Source: Patescibacteria group bacterium (GTDB taxonomy: Archaea > Nanobdellota > Nanobdellia > Pacearchaeales > GW2011-AR1). From it: DNA of 64,000 nt. The translations under genes were made by a program, and so were the position numbers. Where the stretch lies: assembly GCA_019428815.1 (NCBI GenBank), contig JAHYJW010000002.1, positions 81,186-145,185 on the forward strand. The letters run 5' to 3'. Positions 45,969 through 54,495 of the stretch are shown in pieces (position 1 is the first letter of the stretch; each line of letters opens with the position of its first letter). The notes below the pieces were generated by a model, which ran no database searches, had not been told where the DNA came from, and saw nothing but the letters and a program-made list of their open reading frames with translations.

Positions 45969-46475
45969 ATGAGGATACAAAAAAGAAGAAAACAAGCAAA
46001 AACAGATTATTTGAGAAGAATGAAACTTTTAAAGGGCGGAGATTCAAGGATTGTCTTCAGGAAGACTAATAGGTATGTGATTTCTCAGTTTATAGTTAGT
46101 GAAGAAGCTAAAGATAAGATTAAAATCGGATTAACATCTCTAGAACTTGAGAAGTATGGTTGGTCAAAAAACCTAAAAGGAAGTCTTAAATCTTTACCTG
46201 CAGTTTACCTCACAGGATTATTATTCGGAAAAATAGTCCAAAAAGAAATAAAGAACCTTAAAAACTTCTCTGTAGATTCTGGGATGATTAGAAAAATACA
46301 CAAAAATAGATTCTTTGCATTTTTAAAGGGAATCAAAGATTCAGGAATGCAAATAACTTGTGAAGATAAATTCTTCCCAGACGAAGAAAGGATAAAGGGT
46401 AAACATCTCAAGGAAGATTTTTCAAGCATGTTTGAAAAAATAAAGCAAAATATTGAAAGTAAATTTGGTAAATAA
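45969..46475 (+). CDS. rpl18: 50S ribosomal protein L18 (uL18)
   Basis: Synteny, plus RIVFRKTNRYVISQFI. Confidence 0.85.
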   Translation: MRIQKRRKQAKTDYLRRMKLLKGGDSRIVFRKTNRYVISQFIVSEEAKDKIKIGLTSLELEKYGWSKNLKGSLKSLPAVYLTGLLFGKIVQKEIKNLKNFSVDSGMIRKIHKNRFFAFLKGIKDSGMQITCEDKFFPDEERIKGKHLKEDFSSMFEKIKQNIESKFGK

Positions 46476-46476
46476 A

Positions 46477-47397
46477 ATGGAAGAAAATAAAGATAAAAAC
46501 GCAAAAAAAGAAGAATTCAATGCTTTAAAGAAAACAATAGAAGCTCACAAAACAATTTCTGAAGAAGAATCTGAAGAAAGAGCTAAAGATAGTGAAAAAA
46601 TCACAAAAGAACTTTTAGAATCTGAGATTGAGGAAGAAAATAAGAAAGAGAAGGCTATAAAAGATAAAAAAATCTTAGAAAAAGAAGTAGAAGATATCAA
46701 AGAGTACAGGACAGAAAAAGAAATTGCGATTGAAAGAGCAAAAGAGGAGTTGGTTCTAGGTTGGGAACCTAAAACAAAATTAGGTCGAGAAGTTAAAGAT
46801 GGAAAAATTAAGAATATAGATGAAATTTTAGATAACAACAACAAAATCCTTGAAGAACAAATAGTGGATATACTCATCAATCCCCAAACAGATTTAATAT
46901 CGATGGGACAAGCGAAGGGAAAATTTGGAGGAGGAAAAAGAAGAGTTTGGCGTCAAACTCAAAAGAAAACTAAAGAGGGGAATATCCCAACTTTCTCTGC
47001 AATGGCTGTAATTGGAGATGGAAGGGGGCATGTGGGTATAGGAGTCGGAAAAGCGAAAGAAACTCTTCCTGCAAGAGATAAAGCTATCAGAAAGGCTAAG
47101 TTAAATGTGATAAAAGTCAAAAGGGCTTGCGCTAGTTTTGATTGTGCATGTTCAGAACTTCACACAGTTCCATTTAAAGTAACTGGAAAAGAAGGAAGTA
47201 CAAAAGTTGTGCTTATTCCGGCACCACAAGGAACAGGTCTTGTTGTTGGAGGAGAATTAAAAAAAGTTCTAAAATTTGCAGGTATTGAAGACGTATACAG
47301 TATGACTTTTGGAAAACAAAGAACTACATTTAATCTTGTTAAAGCATGTATGAATGCATTACAAAAAACAAATATTAAACTTAACTCAAATAAATAA
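46477..47397 (+). CDS. rps5: 30S ribosomal protein S5 (uS5) with about 100-aa Lys/Glu-rich N-terminal extension
   Basis: VIGDGRGHVGIGVGKAKETLPARDKAIRKAK. ATG at 46477 is preferred over the TTG at 46453, which overlaps L18. Confidence 0.9.
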   Translation: MEENKDKNAKKEEFNALKKTIEAHKTISEEESEERAKDSEKITKELLESEIEEENKKEKAIKDKKILEKEVEDIKEYRTEKEIAIERAKEELVLGWEPKTKLGREVKDGKIKNIDEILDNNNKILEEQIVDILINPQTDLISMGQAKGKFGGGKRRVWRQTQKKTKEGNIPTFSAMAVIGDGRGHVGIGVGKAKETLPARDKAIRKAKLNVIKVKRACASFDCACSELHTVPFKVTGKEGSTKVVLIPAPQGTGLVVGGELKKVLKFAGIEDVYSMTFGKQRTTFNLVKACMNALQKTNIKLNSNK

Positions 47398-47415
47398 TTT
47401 AAAAAATAAAAAAAT

Positions 47416-47856
47416 ATGGAAAAAAGAACTTGTATTATAAGGATTAGGGGACGTGTGGGGTTAAAAAAAGATGTAAAAGAAACCCTAGATAGACTTAGAA
47501 TCAGAAGGAAATATTCTTGTGTTGTCATAATCCCAAATAAAGATCAAGAAGGGATGATTAAAAGAATCAGAAGTTTTGTAACTTATGGCGAAATAAAAAA
47601 AGATACATTTGAGAAATTGATTGAAAAAAGAGCTCAGGTTATTGATAAAAATAAATCAAAGAAAGAACAGATTGATCCAAAGAAAATTATTGAGGAATTA
47701 GACAGGGGGAAGCGTTATGAAGATTTAAATCTTAAGCCATTTTTTAGGTTACATCCCCCAAGAGGCGGAATAGAAAGTAAAAAGCATGTTGGAGAAGGGA
47801 AAGGAATCTTAGGACATAACGAAAAAATAAATGAATTACTTGAAAGGATGTTATAA
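47416..47856 (+). CDS. rpl30: 50S ribosomal protein L30 (uL30)
   Basis: IRIRGRVGLKKDVKETLDRLRIRRKYSCVV, plus synteny. Confidence 0.9.
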   Translation: MEKRTCIIRIRGRVGLKKDVKETLDRLRIRRKYSCVVIIPNKDQEGMIKRIRSFVTYGEIKKDTFEKLIEKRAQVIDKNKSKKEQIDPKKIIEELDRGKRYEDLNLKPFFRLHPPRGGIESKKHVGEGKGILGHNEKINELLERML

Positions 47857-47860
47857 TCAA

Positions 47861-48190
47861 ATGGAATTTACTGAATACCAAAAAAAAGCAGAAGAAACCG
47901 CGATTTACCCTAACAGAGGAAACAATATTACTTATCCTGCTTTAGGCCTTGGAGGAGAAACAGGAGAGGTTCTTGAAGAGATAAAAAGAGTTCTTAGAGA
48001 CGATAATTCAAAGGTTAGTGAAGAAAGGAAAAAGAATATTGAAAAAGAGATGGGGGATGTTTTGTGGTATCTTGCAACATTATCCACAGAATTAGGTTTA
48101 GATTTAAATAAAATTGCGGAGTTGAATATAGAAAAGTTAAGTTCAAGGAAAGAAAGAGATCAGTTACATGGATCAGGTGCAGATAGATAA
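47861..48190 (+). CDS. MazG-like all-alpha nucleoside triphosphate pyrophosphohydrolase
   Basis: MEFTEYQKKAEETAIYP...GLGGETGEVLEEIKRVL...EKEMGDVLWYLATL carries the E-x-x-E ... E-x-x-D metal-binding pattern of the MazG/NTP-PPase family. An alternative ATG at 47831 would overlap L30. Confidence 0.7.
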   Translation: MEFTEYQKKAEETAIYPNRGNNITYPALGLGGETGEVLEEIKRVLRDDNSKVSEERKKNIEKEMGDVLWYLATLSTELGLDLNKIAELNIEKLSSRKERDQLHGSGADR

Positions 48191-48214
48191 TAAAAATAAA
48201 AAAGGAAAAATAAA

Positions 48215-48766
48215 ATGACATTAAAGGTAAAAAAAAGGAAAAAGAATATTAGAATGAGGGGAAAGGGTATGGGAACCCATGGAGGAGGAGCTAGAAAGAA
48301 AAGGAAAAAATCTGGGCATAGAGGAGGTGTTGGAATGTCTGGTTCTGGAAAAAGGGCAGATCATAAAAAAACTCTTATAACTAAACTTTATGGAAGTGGT
48401 TATTTTGGGAAGCAAGGTATCACGAGTAAAAAAACAGAAAGAGATAAAAGAAAAAGAATAAATCTTTTTGAAGTTGAATTAAATCTTGAAAAATACCTGA
48501 AAAAAGGGATTGCTAAAAAAACTTCTTCTGGAGTTGAGATTAATTTAAAGGACTATAAAATTCTTGGGGGTTCTAATCGAGCAGAATATGTTGGTAAAGA
48601 AAAAATTACCATAATTGCAAAAGAAGCATCAAAATCTGCAATTGAAAAAATCAAAGAATCTGGAGGAGAGATAATATTACTTAAAAAATTAGAAAAAAGA
48701 AAAGGTAAAGAACTTATCCCTAAGGAAAAAGTTGGGAAGGATAAACCTAAAACAGTCAAAAAATAA
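48215..48766 (+). CDS. rpl15: 50S ribosomal protein L15 (uL15)
   Basis: RMRGKGMGTHGGGARKKRKKSGHRGGVGMSGSGKRADHK. Confidence 0.9.
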   Translation: MTLKVKKRKKNIRMRGKGMGTHGGGARKKRKKSGHRGGVGMSGSGKRADHKKTLITKLYGSGYFGKQGITSKKTERDKRKRINLFEVELNLEKYLKKGIAKKTSSGVEINLKDYKILGGSNRAEYVGKEKITIIAKEASKSAIEKIKESGGEIILLKKLEKRKGKELIPKEKVGKDKPKTVKK

Positions 48767-48887
48767 AGGGGAAATTTTAGGGATAGCTAAAATTTAAGAA
48801 TTATTAAATATTAACAATTAAGAGCCTAATTTAGTCTCAGAAATATTGAACATAAAAGTTAGAAACTAAGGATTATTCAAAAATAAG

Positions 48888-50330
48888 ATGGTTAATTTAA
48901 AAAAAATTTTGAGCTATATTCCCGAAGTAAAAAAACCAGAAGAAAAAAAACTTGGTTTTAATGAAAAGGCAAAATGGACATTAATTATCCTTGTTGCATT
49001 TTTTGTTTTAGCCAATATCCCTCTGTTTGGTTTGGATATAAATGCTTTAGCCCAGTTTGAATTTTTAGCAATAGTTCTTGCAACAGATTTTGGTAGCCTT
49101 ATTTCTCTAGGTATCGGGCCAATTGTTACTGCATCTATTATCTTACAATTACTCACTGGTTCTAAAATAATCAACATTGACACCAGTACAGAAGAAGGAC
49201 GAATGTTCTTTCAGGGATTACAAAAACTTTTGGTATTCTTCTTTATAGTCTTTGAGGCTTGTGTATTTGTTTTAATGCAAGGATTAAAAGCTCAACCCGG
49301 TTTTGCAGGTATTTTAATTTTTCAATTAATAGTTGGAGGATTAATGATATTTTACATGGATGAACTCTCTACAAAATGGGGTTTTGGTTCTGGAGTAAGT
49401 TTATTTATTGCTGCAGGAGTTTCAAGAAGTTTGATAACAAGGGCGTTTCAGTTTATCGATTCTCAAGGAAGAAACTGTCTCCTAGATTTTACTAATACCC
49501 CCTGTACAGGTAGAGTTTTAGTTTTTATACAATCTGTGATAAACCAGTATCCTATTGAGTTACTCTCTGCTGGAACAGCAATTGTTGTGACTGTCTTGAT
49601 ATTTTTAGTGGTAGTTTGGGCACAGTCTCTTAAGATTGAAATTCCTTTATCTTTTGGGAGGATTAGAGGTTATGGAATGAAATGGCCATTATCATTTTTC
49701 TATGCTTCTGTTATACCTGTTATTTTAACAGCAGCTTTAGTTGCGAATATCCAACTTTTTGGAGGAATTATTTATAATGCTGCACAGCCTTGTCTTTTAG
49801 GAGTTGCTGGAGAATGTGTTGGAAGCGCAAAGATTGCGTCTTATTTTACTTTTTTAGGAAGATTCATTGAAGGACAACCAGTTTCTGGTCTTGCTTTTTG
49901 GATTAGTTCAACGAATATGGTAGAATTAATTATTCGGGGGGGATTTTTACCCATTTATCTCCTTCAGGGGGTAATTCACGTATTGTTCTTTATGATATTA
50001 TCTACCCTCTTTGCAATATTTTGGGTTAAGACCTCTGGAATGGATTCTAAAAGCCAAGCAGAAAAAATCCTTTCTTCTGGACTTCAAGTTTCTGGTTTCA
50101 GACAAGATGAAAGAATTTTAGAGAGTATTTTAGACAGATATATCATGCCATTAACTGTAATGGGGGGTTTAGCAATCGGTTTATTGGCAGCATTAACAAA
50201 CCTTATCGGAGCCTTAATCTCTGGAACAGCAATTCTTCTTGTAATCATGATTATCTACCAATTTTATCAGAATATTGCTCAGCAACACCAAATGGATATG
50301 CATCCCGCAATTAGAAAATTTGTTAAATAA
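48888..50330 (+). CDS. secY: Preprotein translocase subunit SecY
   Basis: 480 aa, 10 TM segments, conserved position after L15. GIGPIVTASIILQLL motif. Confidence 0.95.
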   Translation: MVNLKKILSYIPEVKKPEEKKLGFNEKAKWTLIILVAFFVLANIPLFGLDINALAQFEFLAIVLATDFGSLISLGIGPIVTASIILQLLTGSKIINIDTSTEEGRMFFQGLQKLLVFFFIVFEACVFVLMQGLKAQPGFAGILIFQLIVGGLMIFYMDELSTKWGFGSGVSLFIAAGVSRSLITRAFQFIDSQGRNCLLDFTNTPCTGRVLVFIQSVINQYPIELLSAGTAIVVTVLIFLVVVWAQSLKIEIPLSFGRIRGYGMKWPLSFFYASVIPVILTAALVANIQLFGGIIYNAAQPCLLGVAGECVGSAKIASYFTFLGRFIEGQPVSGLAFWISSTNMVELIIRGGFLPIYLLQGVIHVLFFMILSTLFAIFWVKTSGMDSKSQAEKILSSGLQVSGFRQDERILESILDRYIMPLTVMGGLAIGLLAALTNLIGALISGTAILLVIMIIYQFYQNIAQQHQMDMHPAIRKFVK

Positions 50331-50419
50331 GCTCCTTGATAAAATTTAAAATTCTTTTATAAAATTTAAAATAAAATATCAAGGTTAATGTTTAAAAACT
50401 AAGTTTGTTTTTTTATAAA

Positions 50420-50965
50420 ATGGGTAATCAGAAAAAAGAAGGACGATTTAGGAGTATCTTATTAGTTTTCTTATTAGTCATGCTAATTGCACTTTTTTGG
50501 GATAGTATCCCTATTCTGAAAGATACTGTTAGTGCATTATTAGATCCAACTGCAGGAGCATTATTAAGATGGAATTTAGAATTTGGAATGATGTTAATTG
50601 TTATGGTAATCACAATTCTTACAACTTTTGTTCAGAAGTATCTAACTGATCAGAATGCTATGCGAGAAATGAAAAAAGAACAAAAAGAACTGCAAGAAGA
50701 AATGAAAAAATATAAAGAACATCCTGAAAAATTAATGGAATTGCAGAAAAAACAAATGGAGTTTATACCAAAAATGTTAAAAGTCAGTTTTAGAGGAACA
50801 ACATACACAATGGTACCTTTTGTTTTATTCTTTAGATGGTTTAGCGATTATTTTGTCAGTGCTGGAAACCCTAAATTTTTTGGAATTTTTACATGGTTTT
50901 GGTTTTATTTCTTATTCTCAATTATCATAAGTAGTATTTTAAGAAAGATTATGAAAGTTGTTTAA
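50420..50965 (+). CDS. DUF106 / EMC3-like archaeal YidC/Oxa1-family membrane insertase
   Basis: TM, coiled coil (MREMKKEQKELQEEMKKYKEHPEKLMELQKKQMEF), then two TM segments. Usual location downstream of secY. ATG at 50420 is preferred over the TTG at 50405. Confidence 0.7.
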   Translation: MGNQKKEGRFRSILLVFLLVMLIALFWDSIPILKDTVSALLDPTAGALLRWNLEFGMMLIVMVITILTTFVQKYLTDQNAMREMKKEQKELQEEMKKYKEHPEKLMELQKKQMEFIPKMLKVSFRGTTYTMVPFVLFFRWFSDYFVSAGNPKFFGIFTWFWFYFLFSIIISSILRKIMKVV

Positions 50966-51033
50966 TTGTCTATTTAACCCTCACTCCTGAAATTAGACTT
51001 AATAATTTTAAATTACAATTTATTCAAAAACAT

Positions 51034-51441
51034 ATGGAAGAAAAACAAAAAGAACTTTTATTTAGATTAAGTATGGCTGAACAAAATCTTAAGCTTATTG
51101 AGCAACAGCTTCAAGCAGTTGAAGAAGGAATTCTAGATATAAACTCGATTAGCTTAGGTTTAGATGAGCTTAAAGGGGCTATAGGAAAAGAAATTCTTGC
51201 GCCTGTAGGAAGAGGGATATTCGTAAAAGCTAAACTTTTATCAGAAGATTTAACTGTCGATGTCGGGGGTAAAAATTTTGTTAAGAAAAGTATTCCTGAG
51301 ACTAAAGAAATAATAAAAACTCAATCTGGGAAATTAAATGAGATTAAGAAAGATTTAGAAAAAAATGCACGAGAGATAGATCAAGAATTAACAGAAATGA
51401 TAATTAAAGCACAAAATAAAAATTCTGAAAATCCTGAATAA
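51034..51441 (+). CDS. pfdA: Prefoldin alpha subunit
   Basis: Coiled coil, two beta hairpins (ILAPVGRGIFVKAKL...LTVDVGGKNFVKKS), coiled coil. Confidence 0.75.
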   Translation: MEEKQKELLFRLSMAEQNLKLIEQQLQAVEEGILDINSISLGLDELKGAIGKEILAPVGRGIFVKAKLLSEDLTVDVGGKNFVKKSIPETKEIIKTQSGKLNEIKKDLEKNAREIDQELTEMIIKAQNKNSENPE

Positions 51442-51477
51442 TCTTCTTATGAAATTTTTCTTATGAGACTTAAATTT

Positions 51478-52311
51478 TTATTTTAATATTTTTTTAACAA
51501 AAGAATCGTAATTCATTAAACCCAATTCTGTTATTATTCCTGTAAGATACTTCTTAGGTACAAATTCAAATGCAGGATTTTTTATTTTTATTTTTTTTGG
51601 AGCTTTATCCCAAACTTCATTTAGTTCTCTTTGTTCTATAGGGACCTCTTTCTTGGTAAATTTCCAGGAGTCAGCAACAATATAAAGGGGAATTTTCTCT
51701 TCTTTAGCAATTCTAGCAATAATTTCTGAACCCACTTTATTGATTATACCCTCTTCTAATAAGGCGTCTGCACCTAGAAAAACAATATCGGCCTTTTTTG
51801 TTCCTTGTTCTTTAGAAAGAGCAATTCCTATTGCAGAATCAACAAATAGTGTTGTTTCTATTTTAGCTTTTTTTAAGCTTTTAGCTGTTTTTCTACCTTG
51901 AAGGAGGGGCCTTGTTTCAGTAACATATGCTTCAAATTTTTTACCTTGTTCTTTTGAATAAATAAGTGCATTACAGACATTTGAAGAGTGGCAGTGTGTA
52001 AAAATTACAAAATTCTTTTTAATTAATTTATAGAGTTCTTTGTTAATCTTTTCCTGAGCATTATCAAAATGTTTTAGAATTTCTTCAGAAGGAATTTTTT
52101 TTTCTGCCATATCCAAAACATTTCCTACCATTGGTTCTGTGGGCCTAGAAGAAAGAAGAATTTTTTTAGAATTTTTGTTGGGGATTAATGAATAGGCCTC
52201 AAATGCAGCTTTAGCAATATTTCTAGCACCTTGTATTTTAACAGATTTTATTTTTTTAACTATCTTATCAAAGGTTTTTTGTTTGTTTTTTTTTGAATTT
52301 ATCTTAAGCAT
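51478..52311 (-). CDS. Ribose-1,5-bisphosphate isomerase (eIF-2B alpha/beta/delta family, e2b2)
   Basis: IQGARNIAKAA...THCHSSNV...YVTETRPLLQGRKTAKSL...FLGADALLEEGIINKVGSE. Confidence 0.7.
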   Translation of the reverse strand: MLKINSKKNKQKTFDKIVKKIKSVKIQGARNIAKAAFEAYSLIPNKNSKKILLSSRPTEPMVGNVLDMAEKKIPSEEILKHFDNAQEKINKELYKLIKKNFVIFTHCHSSNVCNALIYSKEQGKKFEAYVTETRPLLQGRKTAKSLKKAKIETTLFVDSAIGIALSKEQGTKKADIVFLGADALLEEGIINKVGSEIIARIAKEEKIPLYIVADSWKFTKKEVPIEQRELNEVWDKAPKKIKIKNPAFEFVPKKYLTGIITELGLMNYDSFVKKILK

Positions 52312-52419
52312 AATAAAATAAAAAATAAGGGATATAAAAACTATTCTAAATTTTTTAAAAGATTTTAAAAGATTAGAATACCAGACAACATTTAAAAATT
52401 CATTTTGACTATTGGATTA

Positions 52420-53289
52420 ATGTTAGAAAGTTTAATTGATCCAAGGAAAGTTGAAAGAAATTTTTTAAAGATGTTTCTTGTAGGGATCCTTTATGCATCT
52501 TTATCCCTTCTTTTTGTAAAGTGGTTTTTCTCCGGAGATGCAGTACTTTCGCAATATTCAGGAGTTATTGTTGTAACATTTTCAGTAATGTTTTCTTTAC
52601 CTTTCATGTACTTTATTATAAGACAAGAAGAAAAGGAGGATGAAGAAGTTTATGGTTTTTTAGGGGTATGGAATACCCATAAAGATGCTATTTATGCACT
52701 TATGGGTTTATTTTTAGGATTTATTATTGCTTTTTCATTTTGGTATATTGTCTTAGGCGATTCTAATCTTTTTAATGCTCAGATAGAAACTTATTGTATG
52801 ATTAATAGCCCCGGAGATGTTTCGGGATGTGTTCAGAGGTATGATTTTTCAGCTTCTGGAATTAGCGCAAGTACTGGAACAGGGGCTGTGACTAGAGGGA
52901 TGAGATTTTTTGCAATTATAGAGAATAATGTTTATGTGATGATATTCACTCTTTTACTTTCTTTAATATTCGGTGCAGGAGCAATGTTTGTTCTTGCTTG
53001 GAATGCGAGTGTTATCGCAGCAGCAATAGCAATATTCACACAACATCAACTAAAAGAGATTCCCTTAGGTTTACTTAGATATATGATTCATGGATTCCCT
53101 GAAATAACAGCTTATTTCATTGCTGCTCTTGCAGGGGGAATGTTTGGGATAGGAGTTTTACGAAATGGTGTTAGAGGGAGGAAGTTTCTTAAAATTCTTG
53201 AAAACACAATTGTACTTCTTTTCTTAGCTTTAATAGTAATCATTCTCGCAGCGGTAATAGAGGTTTATTTTACTTCTTTGATATTTTAA
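52420..53289 (+). CDS. SpoIIM-like (DUF95) polytopic membrane protein
   Basis: IENNVYVMIFTLLLSLIFGAGAMFVLAWNASVIAA...IHGFPEITAYFIAALAGG. ATG at 52420 is preferred over the TTG at 52405. Confidence 0.6.
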   Translation: MLESLIDPRKVERNFLKMFLVGILYASLSLLFVKWFFSGDAVLSQYSGVIVVTFSVMFSLPFMYFIIRQEEKEDEEVYGFLGVWNTHKDAIYALMGLFLGFIIAFSFWYIVLGDSNLFNAQIETYCMINSPGDVSGCVQRYDFSASGISASTGTGAVTRGMRFFAIIENNVYVMIFTLLLSLIFGAGAMFVLAWNASVIAAAIAIFTQHQLKEIPLGLLRYMIHGFPEITAYFIAALAGGMFGIGVLRNGVRGRKFLKILENTIVLLFLALIVIILAAVIEVYFTSLIF

Positions 53290-53442
53290 ACTCCAGAAAA
53301 TAAAAAATAGCTTCATCTCCTCCTTGATTTATTAAATAATTTTGATTATCCTTTTTGTTAAATTTAAAGTCTTGTTAAATTTAAAATAAGGGGTGTAGCC
53401 CAATTCTATAAACTTTAAAAACAATTATTGATTAATTAAGGC

Positions 53443-54450
53443 ATGGAATTAATCTTACTTTTTTCATTAGTTATCAGTTTTTTAGGCACTATTCTTGTAA
53501 TGCCTTTCTGGATAAGGAAAGCCAAGAAAGCAGGGCTTATTTGGGAAGATATGAATAAACCAAAACAACCAAAGAATGTTGCAGGTTCTGGTGGAATGGT
53601 TGTCGTTTTAGCATTTACAATTGGGATTTTGTATTATATTGCAACGAGGACATTTTTCTCGAGAGAGGCTTCGGTAAGTCTAGAAATCTTTGCTTTATTA
53701 AGCGTTATCCTTATATTTGCAATTGTAGGGCTTGTTGATGACTTATTCGGTTGGCATAATAAAGGTCTATCTAAAAAATCAAGAATTTTGCTTGCAATTG
53801 CTGCTGCTATTCCTTTAGTAGTGATAAATGCAGGAGCATCTACAATGGCTTTCCCTTTTTTAGGTATAATAAACCTAGGATTATTTTATCCTTTGTTATT
53901 TATCCCCCTAGGAGTTGCAGGGGCAGCTATAACTTATAATTTTTTAGCAGGATTTAACGGATTAGAGGCTGGTCAAGGGATACTTATTATTGGGTTCTTA
54001 TCTTATGTTGCTTATATAACCGGGAATCCTTGGCTTGCAGTTGTTGGGTTAACAATGGTTACTGCTTTGATTGGTTTTTTATTTTTTAATAAATGCCCTG
54101 CAAAAGTTTTTCCGGGGGATTCTTTAACTTGGTCTATTGGAGCTCTTGCTGCAGGGATGGCTATTTTGGGTGATTTTCAAAGAATTGCACTTTTTATTTT
54201 TATTCCATATCTTCTTGAGATGATCTTAAAAATCAGGGGGAGGTTAGAGAAACAATCATTTGGGAAAGCAAATGAAGATGGAAGTTTAGAACTCAGATAT
54301 GATAAAATTTATGGGTTAGAACACTTGGCAATTTATCTTCTTAAAAAAATTAAGCCGAGTAAGAAGGTTTATGAAAAAGAGGTTGTTTATCTTATCCATG
54401 GATTCCAGATATTAATAATTATTCTTGCTTTTTTCTTATTTGTCTATTAA
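53443..54450 (+). CDS. aglH: Dolichyl-phosphate GlcNAc-1-phosphate transferase (MraY/WecA/GPT family, AglH-like)
   Basis: VDDLFGWHNKGL, NFLAGFNGLEAGQG and VFPGDSLTW motifs in a 10-TM protein. Confidence 0.75.
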   Translation: MELILLFSLVISFLGTILVMPFWIRKAKKAGLIWEDMNKPKQPKNVAGSGGMVVVLAFTIGILYYIATRTFFSREASVSLEIFALLSVILIFAIVGLVDDLFGWHNKGLSKKSRILLAIAAAIPLVVINAGASTMAFPFLGIINLGLFYPLLFIPLGVAGAAITYNFLAGFNGLEAGQGILIIGFLSYVAYITGNPWLAVVGLTMVTALIGFLFFNKCPAKVFPGDSLTWSIGALAAGMAILGDFQRIALFIFIPYLLEMILKIRGRLEKQSFGKANEDGSLELRYDKIYGLEHLAIYLLKKIKPSKKVYEKEVVYLIHGFQILIIILAFFLFVY

Positions 54451-54495
54451 GACCTTAACAAAGATTTTAAAAGGTTTTTTCCTTAATTTTTAGAA

